Assembly: GCA_951406725.2 (NCBI GenBank)
Contig: OX597815.1
Location: 148,552,001 to 148,616,000, forward strand
Direction: 5' to 3'
Origin: Octopus vulgaris
Taxonomy: Eukaryota
Length of the DNA: 64,000 nucleotides
The notes under the pieces are model-generated. The model made no database searches, was not told where the DNA came from, and worked only from the letters and a program-made list of their open reading frames with translations. The position numbers and the translations under genes were made by a program. This document shows, piece by piece, positions 41,487-56,463 of this stretch; within the stretch, counting starts at the first letter, position 1, and every line of letters starts with the position of its first letter.

Positions 41487-43394
41487 AACTGATTTACTTC
41501 AAAATAATTTAAGTCGTATAAACATTAAGTATGAACATATATAAATACTTCGAATGTTTGAAGATGATACCGAAAACAAATTATTTCCTACAAAATATGA
41601 AAATGTTTTAATATATCCATTTTTCAACATTCTACTTTTGCTAATATATTATTTATTAATAGGGATTTCTTTATGAGCGAATGGCCTCTTTTTGAAATTT
41701 TTGCTGCAAATATACACAATTACGTTCAAAAGGCCATAGATTTTATGTGAAAATACGATATTTTCATACCGGAAGCAATTTAATTCATACTACTTTTGTA
41801 CGTATATTTACTTGTCTTATTACATATTTGATATCATGTTGAAGCATAAAACTTACTCTATTCCTCTGTACTGAGAGCAACAATTTCAACCACAGTCATA
41901 AAGCCGTCGTCGTAGTCATGATCGCTGCGATTTTATCATCTTCATCACTTATCTTAATCTTCATTACTATCATCTTCGATATAATCATTATTGTTGTACT
42001 TGTCGTCGCCGTCGTCTCCCTCCCCACCTTCTTCCTTCGTGTTCTTCTTCTCTTCGTCTTTCTCATCATGACCATCCCCATTATGATCGTCTCAATCATC
42101 ATGGTCATCACGATCAGCATTATCTTCGTCATCATCGTCATCATCGTCATCATCGCAACCAACTAAATCATCATTATCGTTACATTTGTCGACCTGATTG
42201 TCAGCATAATCATCGCAGACATTCAACGAATGTGGCATCATCAACATCACCAGCAGCAGCAGTGGTAGCATCACCAGTAGCAGTAGTGGCATCACCAACA
42301 GCTGCAGCACTTTCAGTAAAAATGATTACTTTCAGAATATAAATGTACGAGTAATTCAACTTTGACAGGAATCTTATTAGATTTACAAGAAAATGATATA
42401 TAAACAATAAATCAAAAACTCACAAAAGAAACATTAGTCGTGTGTTGCTGATTTGGTAAAATGGCAAAATGTTTAGAATATAACAATAGTTATGATAAAG
42501 CAACATTTAGCATACAGGAGAAAGTAATTAAATGTCAATTTATATTTTACATACTAAAATGCCTGCAAATCACTTTTATTGCTTTCAAAGATATTTCATC
42601 TGATCAAACAAACAAAATGTGTATAATTGTGTTCGGTATAGAAGTGGCATTTTGCAAGTTTGCTATCAGAGATGCCATTTTTATGATTTGATATTTTCAT
42701 TTTATTTGATCTTACCAAATGTATTTCGCATAGCATAACGTTTAGAAACATGTGATTCATGAAGCGAGTGACAATCTGTGTCGCTGCACATAATTTTGCA
42801 AATGCTGTTCAATGAATTCAGTGTTTAATTTGAATGGGAATTTGTTGTTGATATTCAATATTTTTCCTTTGTTACCCTAAGAAATCTGTGGGTTTTAGAT
42901 TTCTTCTTTCGACCTGTTTAGTATCACAACTTTAATTCAGAGAACAAAACATTGGATTGCAAAAATACGGATTTTGTCATCTGTTCCAGGAATAGTCAGA
43001 GACTCACTGTCATAAATATAGGAGGTCCTTAACAATGCACAACAACAATTGTGTTAAGGGTTCTTCAACTGGAAGAACAACAGCGAAAAAGGACAGTACT
43101 TCTAGAGACACCCCAACCACCAACATCATAAACACACACATGAGCGGCAGACATACTCCGACAAACAGGAACAACTACCGTAACAGTAAAGGCATCAACG
43201 ACACCAACAAAAACAACAAAACAAATTGCTAAAATGATTTCCTAATCTTGATCAGACTATTTAATAATTGATTTACTTCATGAAGCGACAATACTCTAAG
43301 TTTCAGTCTGCTGATGTATATGATAACGATCGAAGGCACTGTTATACAGGTTATACATATCCTGTATAACGCTGATCTTCTTCATATACCACAC

Positions 43395-43467
<73 letters not shown>

Positions 43468-43475
43468 CTTACGTA

Positions 43476-44029
43476 TTGGGTTGTCCGGAAACTTCGTGTG
43501 CCGATTTATAGTAGCTTATATTTCGACTCATTTTAGAACATGGTTGAATCCATACAATAGGATTTTACTACACCTCCATTTAGAGCACAGTTGAAGCTAT
43601 CTTTTCGCGGAAGAAGGTTTATGTTCCTATAACCTGTGTTAATTCTGTTACCCTTTAAAATTGAAGATAAGAACGTTTATTTTCGGCATTTGATACTTTG
43701 GGAACCAGACAAAAATTGCTGCAGCTCGGCTGGGATGTGTTACTCCTACCTTCCATATGCACCAGATATTACTCCTTCGGATTTTCACTTATTCAGGTCT
43801 CTGCAGAAAAGTCTTAATGGTAAAAATTTCAATTTCCTGGGTGACGTAAAAAGATAGCTTGATGAATCCTTTGCCTCAATTCGGGAAAGAGGGTACTTTC
43901 GAGTTAAAGGAAAGATGGATACGCATTGTGCAACAAAATGATTCATATTTGGTTGATTAAAAATTTAATGGCAAGTATTTATTGACCTTCTTCTTTCCTT
44001 TAAAAATCGACACGTACTTTCTGGACAAG

Positions 44030-44033
<4 letters not shown>
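43476..44033 (+). mobile_element. Internally deleted mariner (DD34D-type) element with TIRs and TA duplication
   Basis: TA|TTGGGTTGTCCGGAAAC…GATTT and AAATCG…CTGGACAAGCCAA|TA. Internal PYAPDITPSDFHLFRSLQKSLNGK (= YSPDLAPSDYHLF). Confidence 0.92.
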
Positions 44034-44073
<40 letters not shown>

Positions 44074-45068
44074 ATGTGTGTATGCATCTATTTAAATTTT
44101 GATATGCATGTGCATGTATATATATATCTATATGTTGGATATATGTATACGTATAAAATACGTATATAATGCATTGTACTCAAGTTGTCACTTGATGCAA
44201 TAGAAATTTAAGAGTTCCTTTTCAACAAATGCATAGAGTGAATCGAGAGATACAATCAGTCATTGAACTTATTAAAATATTCATGTTGACCAAATTCTGT
44301 CCTGAAGTTAATTTCTGTTGACCATTGCGTGTATTCCATTAAATGAATCACGGTGCATGGCTAGATATTTTGTTCATCGAAGTGAAATGTAGGAACCATG
44401 TACCGACATTTCGTAGTGGTCTGAATCACGATGCGGAATAACACACTAATAACACTCTAAATACTGAAAGACATTAATTTCTTAGGAAATAGAGACTAAA
44501 CTGAATAATTGACCTGAACTAATTATATGTTTATAGCAGTGGAATAAATCAGAATTAAGATTACATAAAAGTTGAATTATATAACTGAATTGTTCTATGA
44601 TAATAGTCGATAAAGATCATCATTATATTTGAAACGGAACAAATTGATATGTTATGTAGCATAATTTAGCCATTGAATATTTGTAATGAATGGGTATTTA
44701 CATATGATTTACAACTCGGGCAATTTTAAAATGTTATATTACGAGTTTTTCCGTGGTTACATTGTTTTATGAATATTAGAATTATTGTTTTATTCCAGGA
44801 TTTCAAATAAGCAATTAGAGCTGAAACGTAAAATAACGATAATGAGAATGCAAATATTTTAGCTGCGAATAAATATTTGCTTTAATAATACACATTAACT
44901 CTCTAATTCTCCTGCTGCATATATATATATTCATACATGCATATATATCTGTATATATATGTATGTATGTACATATATGCCCATGTGTATATTATGAGTA
45001 TGTATATATATATATGCACACTCACACATATATATGTGTGTGTGTGTCCATATATGTATTATGAGTAT

Positions 45069-45130
<62 letters not shown>

Positions 45131-45489
45131 GTGTGTGTGTGTGTATGTATGAAGTATGTATTGTGTTATTGTTTATTCTTTACCTTCTCGGAACCTTCTA
45201 TGTCTTTGCATGTGGAACATGTAGGCGACTGTGGAGTACGTGCAACGAATGCACTAAATTGAGCCTTTGAAAACATTTTATTTATTCTGTCAGTATTTGC
45301 GTATGAATGCGTAACTGGAAGGACACATCCGTAATTACTTCAGTAAGTACTGATATCCCAGAACACATTTTCGGTAAACCGGTGCACTCTCCCTGACTCA
45401 ACTTTGTTGCTGTACTTTTTAAATGCCTGATTATATTGATCATGGAAATTTTAAGATGTGTGTGTGTACGTATATATGTATATGTGTAT

Positions 45490-45890
45490 GTTTGAAGAGG
45501 CCAGGATAACGCATGCAAGACCTCAGGAGTTATTCAAAGAAGAATATTACGACCGAGAATGTGAATCACAATGTGTACAGTTTGTGACAGATACAGTCTT
45601 TCATTTGCTGGGCTCAAATCCCATTTGCGAACCTACGGAAAACGAACCCCCACCAGCTATAGTGCCTATATGTCAGTGCAAGCCTTTCAGTGTAACGTAT
45701 AAAACGGAGTCCTCAAAAGACATTTTAAGATCTACAAAGATCAGATTTTATCTGCAAATATTGGTCGTCCAAACCGGATATGGAAGCTATGCGAGTGTCT
45801 TTTGAAAACATTGTGTTGTATAAAAAGTCACCACATCAGACGCCATGATGGTTCTGGCTAAACTCTGTATAAGGAGTAGAAAACAACTAT
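45490..45890 (+). mobile_element. Degenerate multi-C2H2 segment, same type as 26260-26650
   Basis: CTVCDRYSLSFAGLKSHLR, VLKRHFKI and LCECLLKTLCCIKSHHIR in broken frames after a TGTA-type tract. Confidence 0.55.
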
Positions 45891-45996
45891 ATATATATAA
45901 GGATAAGATCGATATTTAAATTCCGAACTTCTCAGGTGACAAGCATGGGAATAGAAATCTTCAAAGGGAATAATTATTTAAAATTATAATTTAAGT

Positions 45997-46088
45997 TATC
46001 TGAGAGAGAACCCCCAAGAAGGAAATAGCAGTCAAATCTTTAGAGTCGAATTTTGGCTGCTATTTCCATCGCGGTGGTGTCTCAGATA
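45997..46088. repeat. Short inverted repeat (fold-back/MITE-like)
   Basis: TATCTGAGA…GGAAATAGCAGTCAAA and TTTGGCTGCTATTTCC…TCTCAGATA. Confidence 0.65.
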
Positions 46089-46822
46089 CCCTAAATGGTA
46101 ATTTTATAATTATATATATGTGTGGGGGGGGTGCGTGTGTGTGTGTATACATACATATATACATAGATAGGTAGACAGATAAATAGATAGATAGATAAAT
46201 AGAGAAATAAACAGATAGATAGATGGACAGATAAACATAAACATTTATATTATGAGTATATATGTGCCTATGCCCCGATATATATGTGTTTGTGTGTGTG
46301 CGCGTGTGTGCGTATGTATGCATATATGTATGTATGCACACGCATATGCATATATACATTTCTACATAGTTTACAATATTCTTTTTATTACTATTCCATA
46401 AGGATATTGAAAAGCTTGGTTACTTCATATCCTGCTGCCTAATAAAAATACCGCCAAAATCATGAAACTGGAGGCACCACTAATTTGTACTTGCATGCAT
46501 CGGTATTGCACTGAAATTAGAGTATGATTTTGTGACATACTCCCAAATAGGTTTTTGTGTTATTGTATAAAAAAAATGTACTCAAATATTATGCCTCCAC
46601 TGACACTATAACTATGTCTCATAAAAATGTTATTAAATGTGACACAATTGACTGAACGATGATGTTTGCAGACACCCTCCATTTACAGTACAAACGTTTT
46701 GATACAAACGTCGGCAGTTCTAATCAAGTACGTTGAAATAAATGACTCATTCTAGAATTGAACATACATAACAGTTATTACAATAAAACATCTCTCTATC
46801 CATGTGTAGTCTTCCGAACTTC

Positions 46823-47290
46823 AATAAGCTAAATGATAGTAAAAATTAGCATGAAAGATATGAGAATTATCAAAATAGTGACTGAATAAGATAAATGCTA
46901 TTATTGCTTGTAAGATTGGCAGAAGGCTAGACAATTAGAGGAGTCACATTTTGATTAAATGACCGAACTTAGAGAAAAACAACTATGGTGTATTATAGAG
47001 TATTTAGGTTCACTTGACTCTCTGTTTAAAAGTCTCTATGCTCAATGACACGAAAATACAGCCGATCAATTGAACTCCGGCGACTTTCCATGTCATTACT
47101 CCTAACTGCCCGCTGTTATTAGTTTAAAATTATTTACCTATTTGCTGCTGTAAAATAGTTTAAGCAAGTAAAAATTCTCTTTATGTATTCAAGTCACAAG
47201 CTGTTGCGTAGACATGTTATATATATATATATGTTACACTAACATATGAAAGTGAGAGTATTTGTACAAAAACAAATTTAAAAAACAATT
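46823..47290 (+). repeat. Direct repeat copy 1 (~470 bp)
   Basis: Colinear with 47927-48475, with substitutions and indels. Confidence 0.85.
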
Positions 47291-47879
47291 CGGTGGGTTG
47301 AAAAAATTCGTATTTTGTGCCGAAAGTAAACCATGCAGATTGAATAAGTTTACATGCTATACAATCCACTCTGTTAGTATATGCCTAATTTAAAATGCTT
47401 TTGTGATAAACATAAATATCAAATTTATCAGGAACTACAAACAATTATATATTAATGTTTTTGCTTGAATGCCAAATGCAAACACCATAATTTATATATC
47501 TGTTTTTAGCTATGATCAAATATTGGTACACAAATAAAATCCCATCAATACTTAGTTACTTAAGTAATATTATATGTTATGAGTCTGTTCTATCAAGAAA
47601 TATAGCGATGTGAGATGAGTTCTTTTCTCAATTAGGCATTTTAATACATATCGTATGACGCTGAGTCATAATTTTTGGTAAAACATTTCACTCCTACTAT
47701 GTGGCAATTTGAGTATGTTATTCCTCTTATAACACCGAGTCAGCTTGTAGAGTAAAATTTGGGAACGAAAACGGTCTGGTGACCCGTTACGCGCACATAT
47801 GTATAGGTATAGAGGGAGATAATGGTGCAAATATATGATTAAAATAAAATACTTGCACTTTGTATTTAAAATATACATA

Positions 47880-48366
47880 CGAGGTGGTGCTAAAAAGTTC
47901 CTGGCTTTGTGTAAACGAAATACTGGAATAGGCTAAATGATAAAAACTGGCATGAAATATATGAGAAATATCAAAATAGAGACTGAATCAGATAAATGTT
48001 ATTATTGCTTGTAAGACAGGCCCAAGGTTAGAAAATTAGTGGAGACACATTTGATTAAATGACCGAATGTGATCATTTATCATATCGATTCGGGAATATT
48101 CGAACTTTGAGAAAAACATCTATGGTATAGTACCGAGTACTTACGGCTAAGTTCTCTTGATTCTCTGGAACGGACGCTCGTTTAACGTCTGTACGCTCAA
48201 TGTCAAGAAAACACATCCGATCAGTTCGCTGCCCGCTGTCACTAGCTATGTAAAAATATTTACTTAATTACTTCAGTAAAATCGTTTAAGTGAAAATGAA
48301 ATTTTTCTATGAATTCAAGTCACAAGCTGATGCGTATACATGTTATACACACACATACACACAAAT

Positions 48367-48402
<36 letters not shown>

Positions 48403-48570
48403 TTATATATATATATATATATGTTACACTAAGATATAAAATGTGAGATTCTTTGTACAAAAAAAACAAACAATTTTATTCAACATATACGTGTCTCCGA
48501 TTCAGACACTTATGGCAAAGGTCCTTCAGTTTTTCTAAACCCAGTAAAAGAACTATCCAGAACCCCTCAC
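47880..48570. mobile_element. Mariner-type MITE interrupted by direct repeat copy 2 (47927-48475)
   Basis: TA|CGAGGTGGTGCTAAAAAGTTCCTGGCTTT start, a mariner-like continuation TTTTATTCAACATAT… after the insert and a decayed right TIR AACCCCTCAC. Confidence 0.65.
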
Positions 48571-51500
48571 ATATACAAATATATTTATAAAGGGATATAC
48601 AGACAAGGGACAAAAAAAGAAAATTAAATTGCCGAGGTCGATTTGATTTTAATTTTTTTTCCAGGTCAATAAATTATGTACCATTTGAATACCGGGACAT
48701 ATGTAAGCGAATCACACCTTCCCAAAAATACTGGACTGATATTAATATTTGAAACCAATATTCATATGTGTCCTTTCGCCATAGTAAGCACATAAATGTG
48801 AAAGAAGGCGGAAAAAATAGTAATGGAGGTTGAGTAATATGCTTCATTGATAAAGCTCCAAAGACATCACAAAATTGTTACTCAAAATATCGCGTTGCCG
48901 ATTGTAGTATTTAATATAATAAAGTATATGTCCTTTCTTTTTAAAAAGGTTAATGAGAAACTTTTATTTAATCATTGCATCCGTTTCCATCTACTTCAAT
49001 ACTCTGGTCTCGACAGGATAGAATAGTATTGAATTGTAATTACATCCAGTATCGCAAAATTTCGTAATTTTTTAATGTTAAATTCCTGATGTTCGTGATC
49101 TAATACTCAATACACAAACGAAGCGTGAAATCTAAAGTATAAAACAAGAGTAGATTATGCAGCCTTAAAAAAGTACTAAAGATATGTGCAGGAGTATGGT
49201 CTATGAAGCATTAGCAACCAATACTAAAGAGTATAGAAAGAAGTGAGCTGACGATGAAAAACATATTGCATTGAGCATTTAGCGATTACTTGGTGAGTGT
49301 TAAAAAATGAAATATTAATTCTATGTTCCTTCCGTAATGTCGTTTGAATTCCTGGTATTCCATGAGTATTTATGAAGGATTCAATAAATTAGCTGTATAC
49401 TACTTCCATTTGACAGCAGGCACATTTCTTTTACATCTCCTTCCTTTGTTATGTTTTAATATTCATGCAGTGAAAAGTATGCTACTCTAAATATGCGGCA
49501 GCCAATCCACCTGAAAGAAAAAATGTAAACTGCTCGATAAGAATGTAAAATCAACAATCGCCCTCATAACAAAAGTACAAATATAGAACTTCATCCTGGC
49601 TATAAGTGAAGGATATGCATTATGTATTGAACTGTAGCATATGCGAAACTGCAATGTGTTTGAAAAAAAAAAGATCAAAGTGTTGGAAGGAAAATATATC
49701 AGGAAAAGAATATCTAATTCTACAACAATTTTGTGCTTGCTGCTATTTTTTTTTAAATAAGGTATTTATTCACATATATAACACATTTCAAAACAAATGA
49801 TGTGTTTTGAGATTTAGTTCTGAAATGCTACGTCAAAACAAAACCTACAAGTTTGACAGGGATGAAAACAAATATATTTTCAGCCATGGTTCTAGGTATG
49901 TTTTGCGGCAAACATCTCAATATTTTATCGTCATTCATCAGTTCACTCACCAAAACATATTAGCTAAATTATTTGAGTAGAAAAATGTTTTCGTTTTTAA
50001 AGAATTAGTTTCTGAAAAACAGTCAGCTCTTGTATTGATTTTTCGTTTTGTTCGCTACTCTTCAAGTATAACGATTCACTCAGTATTTTTATTCGTGTTC
50101 TTGAAAATATTATTATTGTTGCTGTTGTTGTTATCGTCATCGTCATCGTCATCGTCGTCTTTTTGTCAGTATCCTCATCATCATCACCATTATCATCAGT
50201 ATTTTGCTGTAGGTGTCTTTTTTATTGTCCTTTGTACAGAGAGTACAACTGAGGCGTACGGCACGTAGAATGCCGATTCATTGTAGAAGATCGAAATATA
50301 TCTGAGCAAAGTACGATTTCCTAAACTCTGCAGAGAAGACAAAGCACTGTGGGGGAAATGCATTAAAACGATAACAAGATCTGACCCTCGTAATATTTCG
50401 TGGGAACCAACTTTTGCGAAAACGAGTATAGCCCGGCCTGCTATAGCCCGACCAGCGCCAATAATTGATAACAATTGAGGAAGTAGCTAAACAGGAAAAC
50501 CAAGCACAATTTCAGTACCTGATATCACCCAACCTGATTTGCATTGAATTAACTAACTTCAGGTTAGCAGAGGATCTGATGGATCAGCACTCAAGCACGA
50601 AAGAAGAAATGGAGAACAATTTAATATTTATGAACATGATGAAATGCGAAAATGTGAAGAGGATGAAATGTGAAACACGATAGACTAATCTCTAAAAGTT
50701 AGACTGAAATTCAAGATGTGAAAAAAGCATTAGAGATTACACTCGATTCGTCTAACTGCAACCATATTTAAGTGTAACTCCGGAATTACTGCTTAAAATG
50801 CATGAACCGGTAGGGAGGCGATTTAATGAAATTCCTCTTTCCATACAAGAGGAAAATCATCATATCTCTAATTACCCGTTACAATAATTTGCAATACATA
50901 TATATTCGTGTGTGTACAGATGCATACACATTTGCGAGTGTAGATGTACGTATAAGTGTATTTTGCTCGGAAAGTGAGTTTATTTAATATATTATAACAA
51001 GAAAAGCAATGTGAAGACGTGTGCATGTGTATGTGTTAAATGAACAAAAATAGGCACTTGAGTAACGGTTACATTTTGCGCACCAATAATGTCGTTCAAC
51101 TCCGTTCTTGGAAAATTGCTAGCCTCAGCCATAAAGTGACAAATTGAATTATTAAAAATGCGGTGATTTGGTAACAATATTAAGAATGTCGTAAATATTG
51201 CCGTACGGTACATGTTCTGCTTTCTTTATATTGCAACATCCCCAACTAAACATATATACTTATAATAACAAACAGTTATAGTTCTCACGAACATGTTATG
51301 AATGTGTTATACACTGAACTCCTGACATCCAACTTTTGAACTACCACCACAACTTGGTGTATCAAAATGACTACATGCAGTTGCCACACCTGCTCCAGTT
51401 TGTAGAATATTTCATAACATTAAGTGTAAATCTCTATCTCGAAAATGAGATTTATTTGAGCGATTGAAGACGTGTTTGATGGTCTGCAGTGTTGATCTTG

Positions 51501-51863
51501 GTACACAGAATTAACAATTATTTGGGGCTTTTTCCATGACATGATAGCTGAAAACAATATACCTGCAAATAGATGCTCGACAGGTTAAGCATATTTCGAA
51601 ATATGTTTCGAGTAATATGAAAATAATGGTATACAAATAAATATCCAATGTAATTTTCAATGTAGTCATGAACTAACGCAGCAGCAATCTTACCGTGGAT
51701 TTATCAATATAAACAGATTTAGGAGATGTTTTCGGTTTATATAAATTATGGTAAATAGAGAACATATATTTTCTTATTAGAATATATTTCTCCATGTGGA
51801 ATTACATCTTTCACATAGTAGAATGATATAATGGTTATGAAACACTATTCCAGCAATTATAAA

Positions 51864-51935
<72 letters not shown>

Positions 51936-52501
51936 TTATTTATATATTGTTCGTGTTTCTGTGTCTGTACGAGAGTGTTTATATATTCATATCATTACAA
52001 TAATGCAGAAAAACTCATAAGAGTTTCAATAATTCATAAAATGTTAATATACCTATGTGATATAGCATTATACAAAATAACAAGTGTCAGACAAACAGGC
52101 GACTGAGAACATCTAATGACATATTATATATTCTCAGTATATAATATATAACAATGCAACTGCTGTTTACACTAATACATCACTACCTAGTGTGTCTAAT
52201 CTTTATATAAATGATAGCAACGAAAAAATTCATAGTGTGTATCAATAGACTTGTGCCCCCCTTATATGTATCTCAGTTGTTTATGAAAAAGACGGACGTC
52301 GCAAGGAACACACAAGATAGAATAGAGGCACATGTCACTACGGTCACGTTCGAACTCGAACCAACACTTAGTCTACGTTGTCTTCATCAAGAGTGATGAG
52401 GCTGCTGCATATATATATATATATACACACCCGAACATAAACGCACAGACGCACACATATATACATAAATGTCGAACGAAGGGAATGAGTGCTCAATATA
52501 A

Positions 52502-52560
<59 letters not shown>

Positions 52561-52584
52561 CACCAGAATAAGCACATAAATGTC

Positions 52585-52800
52585 AAACAAGATGTGAGAA
52601 ATCAGTACTTGAATACCGGAGGTATACTAATATGCTTTATTATTAAAGCCACTAAATGATGGTAAAAATTTATTCGTGAGATTTTCACGCTTCCATTCGT
52701 CGGATAGTTTAGTTGACCAAAACTCCGACGAACGAGAACGTGAAACATATTTTTGTGATTTTTTTGGCAGCTTTAATAATAAAGCATCACACTCTTCTTC
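52585..52800 (+). mobile_element. Penelope-like fold-back terminus with decayed hammerhead
   Basis: Inverted arms 52632-52787 (ATGCTTTATTATTAAAGC / GCTTTAATAATAAAGCAT). CCGACGA-ACG-AGAA-CGT-GAAAC at 52725-52746. Confidence 0.65.
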
Positions 52801-55176
52801 CGTTATTATGTATATGTGTATGTGTATTTGTGTGTGTGTGCGCGCATGTGTGTATGTGTGGGTGTTTGTGTATCATAATTAATGCAAATACAGGAAAGCT
52901 CAAATTTATCACGGTATTCGTACGTATCTATAAACCATGTGTATAAAGTCACGCATATACTGAATGCAAGCGATAGTCATTCAGTGTCAGTTGCGAAGAA
53001 TGCTGGGTGCAATCACATAGAAAATTATACGTTAATACTCTTCTGGAAAACAGTGATCGAATAATCACTCCTTTCGCAATTAGCTACCTGTCTAAATAAG
53101 TCCCTTGGATGTGTAGTGCTAATTCGAATCCTAAGCGCTAGATACTCGATTAACCACCACGTGTGAGTCACCACCGTTTAACGGTATTGACCTATAAATC
53201 GACCAACTAACGTTAAGCTCCTTCGTGATATGGCTGTTTAAAATGGTCTCGAGATTATCCTTTTTCTCCCTATAAAAATCAGTTTGTCGTTTAACTCCTT
53301 GTGGTATGTTGAGTGCAACAGATTATTTCTATGCAAATGACAGACCGCCGACGCCAAGGACCACCAAGGAATTTTGCATGTATAAATCCTGGTATCAGAT
53401 ACAGCCAATGATGTCTTCCAGATATCTTTCTACACCACAGAACAGTTATTCTTCCTCCCAGTCGGCAATTATTAACATTCTTTACTGTAAATAACCGGCA
53501 TCAAGTAGATTACGTGCGACAAGAAACATCACATTCAAATATTGTTGAGTTTTATTCAGTTATTATTCACGTAACGAGCGACATTCCGCACAACCCCTAA
53601 AATGAAGATGAGGGAGCCATCCACTTCAACAACCGCCTCTCGGACGTTCCAGGGTTATCATCACTGACCAGCACATCACAGACTACAAGCAAGCAAGAAA
53701 TCTCGTCACAGATGTATCATAAGAATTACATTGGAATAGCCATCAAAATATTGTAATGGAGTTAGACGGATAATTAACGGTAAAATGAGTCGACGCTGTG
53801 CGCCATTGGGAGCAGAGCCGTTGATGATTATTTATAATAGTAAGTATTAGTGATAATTATATTTCATTTCAAGATTTAACAGTAAGCAGTATCTACAGAG
53901 TCTAAACTAAAAGCTGTTTGTCGCATAAATCATATTATACGTTGGGAACAACTATATTGGGTATTTAATAATCGAAACAATTTATTAAATATGATAATTT
54001 TCGATAGAAATTGTAAATGCATGTGCATGTGTGTGTGTGCGTGCGTGTGTGTGTGTGTGTCTGTGTCTGGAGAGTATGAATGTGAGTGTTTGGGTACCGC
54101 TTTACACACAATGATAATCTTCAGCATAGTTCCAATTAATACAAATATTGTAAAGCCCATTGCCACTTATCTGAAGTCTAAGGAGATTTTACAATAAATA
54201 TTTTGATAATTTGGGTGAATTCTAAATATCTGCAATTGTTAAACTGATGATTTATTACATTGCAATAATTTATTCCAATATACGATCTAAGTTTGAGATT
54301 AGAAATTAATACCAAAATCATTTCATTCTTAAGCTACAGATAAAAGTCACTCATCGTCTTCTATGCTATGTCATGGCGTAGTGTCATTATACTCTGTTTT
54401 GATAATTTTACTTGAGAGAATGAAATTCTGCACAAAAATTTTTAGTATATCGACGCTATGGTCATATATATTGGAAATATGTATGAAAAGGTAACAAATA
54501 TTAGATGCGTATTTTTAAACTCGGATTTATTCCAAGTGAATTAATGTTATTTTCACGTTGATTCGATTTATTATATTTTTTTATTTGAACCTATTCCCCC
54601 TTTCCATGCATATTTAAGCATCCCAGTACGGATATTAATATATTTTCTTCCAAATTCAATGACAGGCACTTGAAATAAACAGTGGATTTTGAATTAGTTT
54701 CAATACTTGAAGCAGAAGATGCGTTTCAAATTTCTAATACGATCTTAGTGCAAATATATTATGATAGAAAATAATGAAGGAAAAATTAGAATAAATATAT
54801 TATAACGAAAATAGAATGGAAAACATTTCAGTAGAACGAAACACAGCATGAGCTATGAATATTTCGCGAGCAATGACATATAAAAGTGCATTATTATATT
54901 AAGTCAGGCCACGAAATATACAGAAAATAAATTTGAATAAAGGAAATTTGCTTCCTGTGAGTTAATGGATGTATGCATTCCATTTCCATTAAAACTGTCT
55001 ATTTGAGCTTGCGACATGGACATGTGAGGACTGCCAGGGTAAAAACGTAGCAAATTGAATATAAACATATGCTTATATATCTATCTATTATACCTTCCTT
55101 TCTATTTATCTATGTATCAATCTACCTATATTTATATACTTTTTTCCTTGTTTCAGTTCCTTGTTTCAGTCCTGTG

Positions 55177-55214
<38 letters not shown>

Positions 55215-55420
55215 AGGGGGTAAGCGTGTGTAACGTATCTAGTTATTATATATGTATTACATATGTATATGTATATGTATCTATCTACATATATATGTAT
55301 ATATACATGCATACATGCATAGAGTTGTACTAACACACACATATGATAAAGTATTAGTTGAAGATATTCGAACTTATTTGATTTTCACATTTATTTTGCA
55401 TACGTACAAGTTTATATTGT

Positions 55421-56463
55421 ACGAGCAGTATAACCCGGCCTTGCCCGGGATTAAGTTACGGTTATTAAGCTAATCAAGTTCTTTATTTCAAACCAAACTA
55501 AGTAATATAGACGTCAAATTTGGGCGAAATCCGTTGAAATTAGTTATATTATATATTATATATATTATATATATATATATATAATATAATATAAATATAT
55601 ATAGCCAAGAGACACGAACACACATATACACACGAACGTACGTACAGCTATTGCATGTTTTGTGCACGCATACATGTTCATAAACAGAAGTAAATGGAAA
55701 AAACGCTAAATTTGTAGATTAACACTCGCACAATTTTCATTAAGAACAAATCCTTCTTTTGCGTGGAATTAACTACACTGGTCTGGGGTGTGGTGGAAGC
55801 CTCGCAAATTCTAGCCATTCACTGATAAACTATTACTCACCTCTTCTTTTTTGTTGTTGTTAAATAAATGGATTGTCAACAAAACACTTTTTTACTCGGT
55901 GTAAAATAAAAACAAAACTCTTTCGCACCCAAAGTAATGTGTGAGAGAGAGAGAGAGGGGAAGAAAGATGAATGATTTAAAATAAATAAATGATTTAAAA
56001 TAAATAAATTGTAATTGTTGTGTGAGAAAGTATATATACTATCATTACAAAATATAGTGTGCCTTTCAAAAACAAACAAAAAAAAACATTTTACATTTTA
56101 TTTTTCATGAACGTCGTCACTTACTATCTTTCTCTCCCTCTCTCACTTTGTCTTTCCCGTGAAACTCTCTTCCTCCTTCTTCCACTTTTCTTTATCTTAA
56201 TTTTTGTTAGACGTCATTAAAAAGCAAGGGTTGATAATTGTTATGGTTAAAACCTATGGTTGAAAATGTTTGAAAATAGATTTTTACCCTATCCGCGGGT
56301 GCCTCGGGAAAAAATTATGTTGACAAAACCCAGATAGGATGTTGACAAATGTCCTCCTAAAATTTGAGGAACATGCGTGCTAATTTGTGGACTTGCATAA
56401 ATTACAATCACGTACACACACACACACGCGCGCACACACATCCTCCCTTTTATAGATATGATG
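55421..56463 (-). mobile_element. Possible non-autonomous Helitron(s)
   Basis: On the minus strand, the hairpin CCCGG-GCAAGG-CCGGG lies ~10 nt before a CTAG-like end (CTCG|T), with a TC start near 56463. May be two pieces. Confidence 0.4.

Noticed and set aside
41890-42310. Acidic or hydrophobic low-complexity ORFs
   Set aside because: Decayed (ATC)/(GTC)/(AGC) trinucleotide repeats.
43027-43060. Hairpin CCTTAACA…TGTTAAGG
   Set aside because: Short and AT-rich, so expected by chance.
49191-49297. Possible exon ending in GTGAGT
   Set aside because: Stops in all three frames and a weak acceptor.
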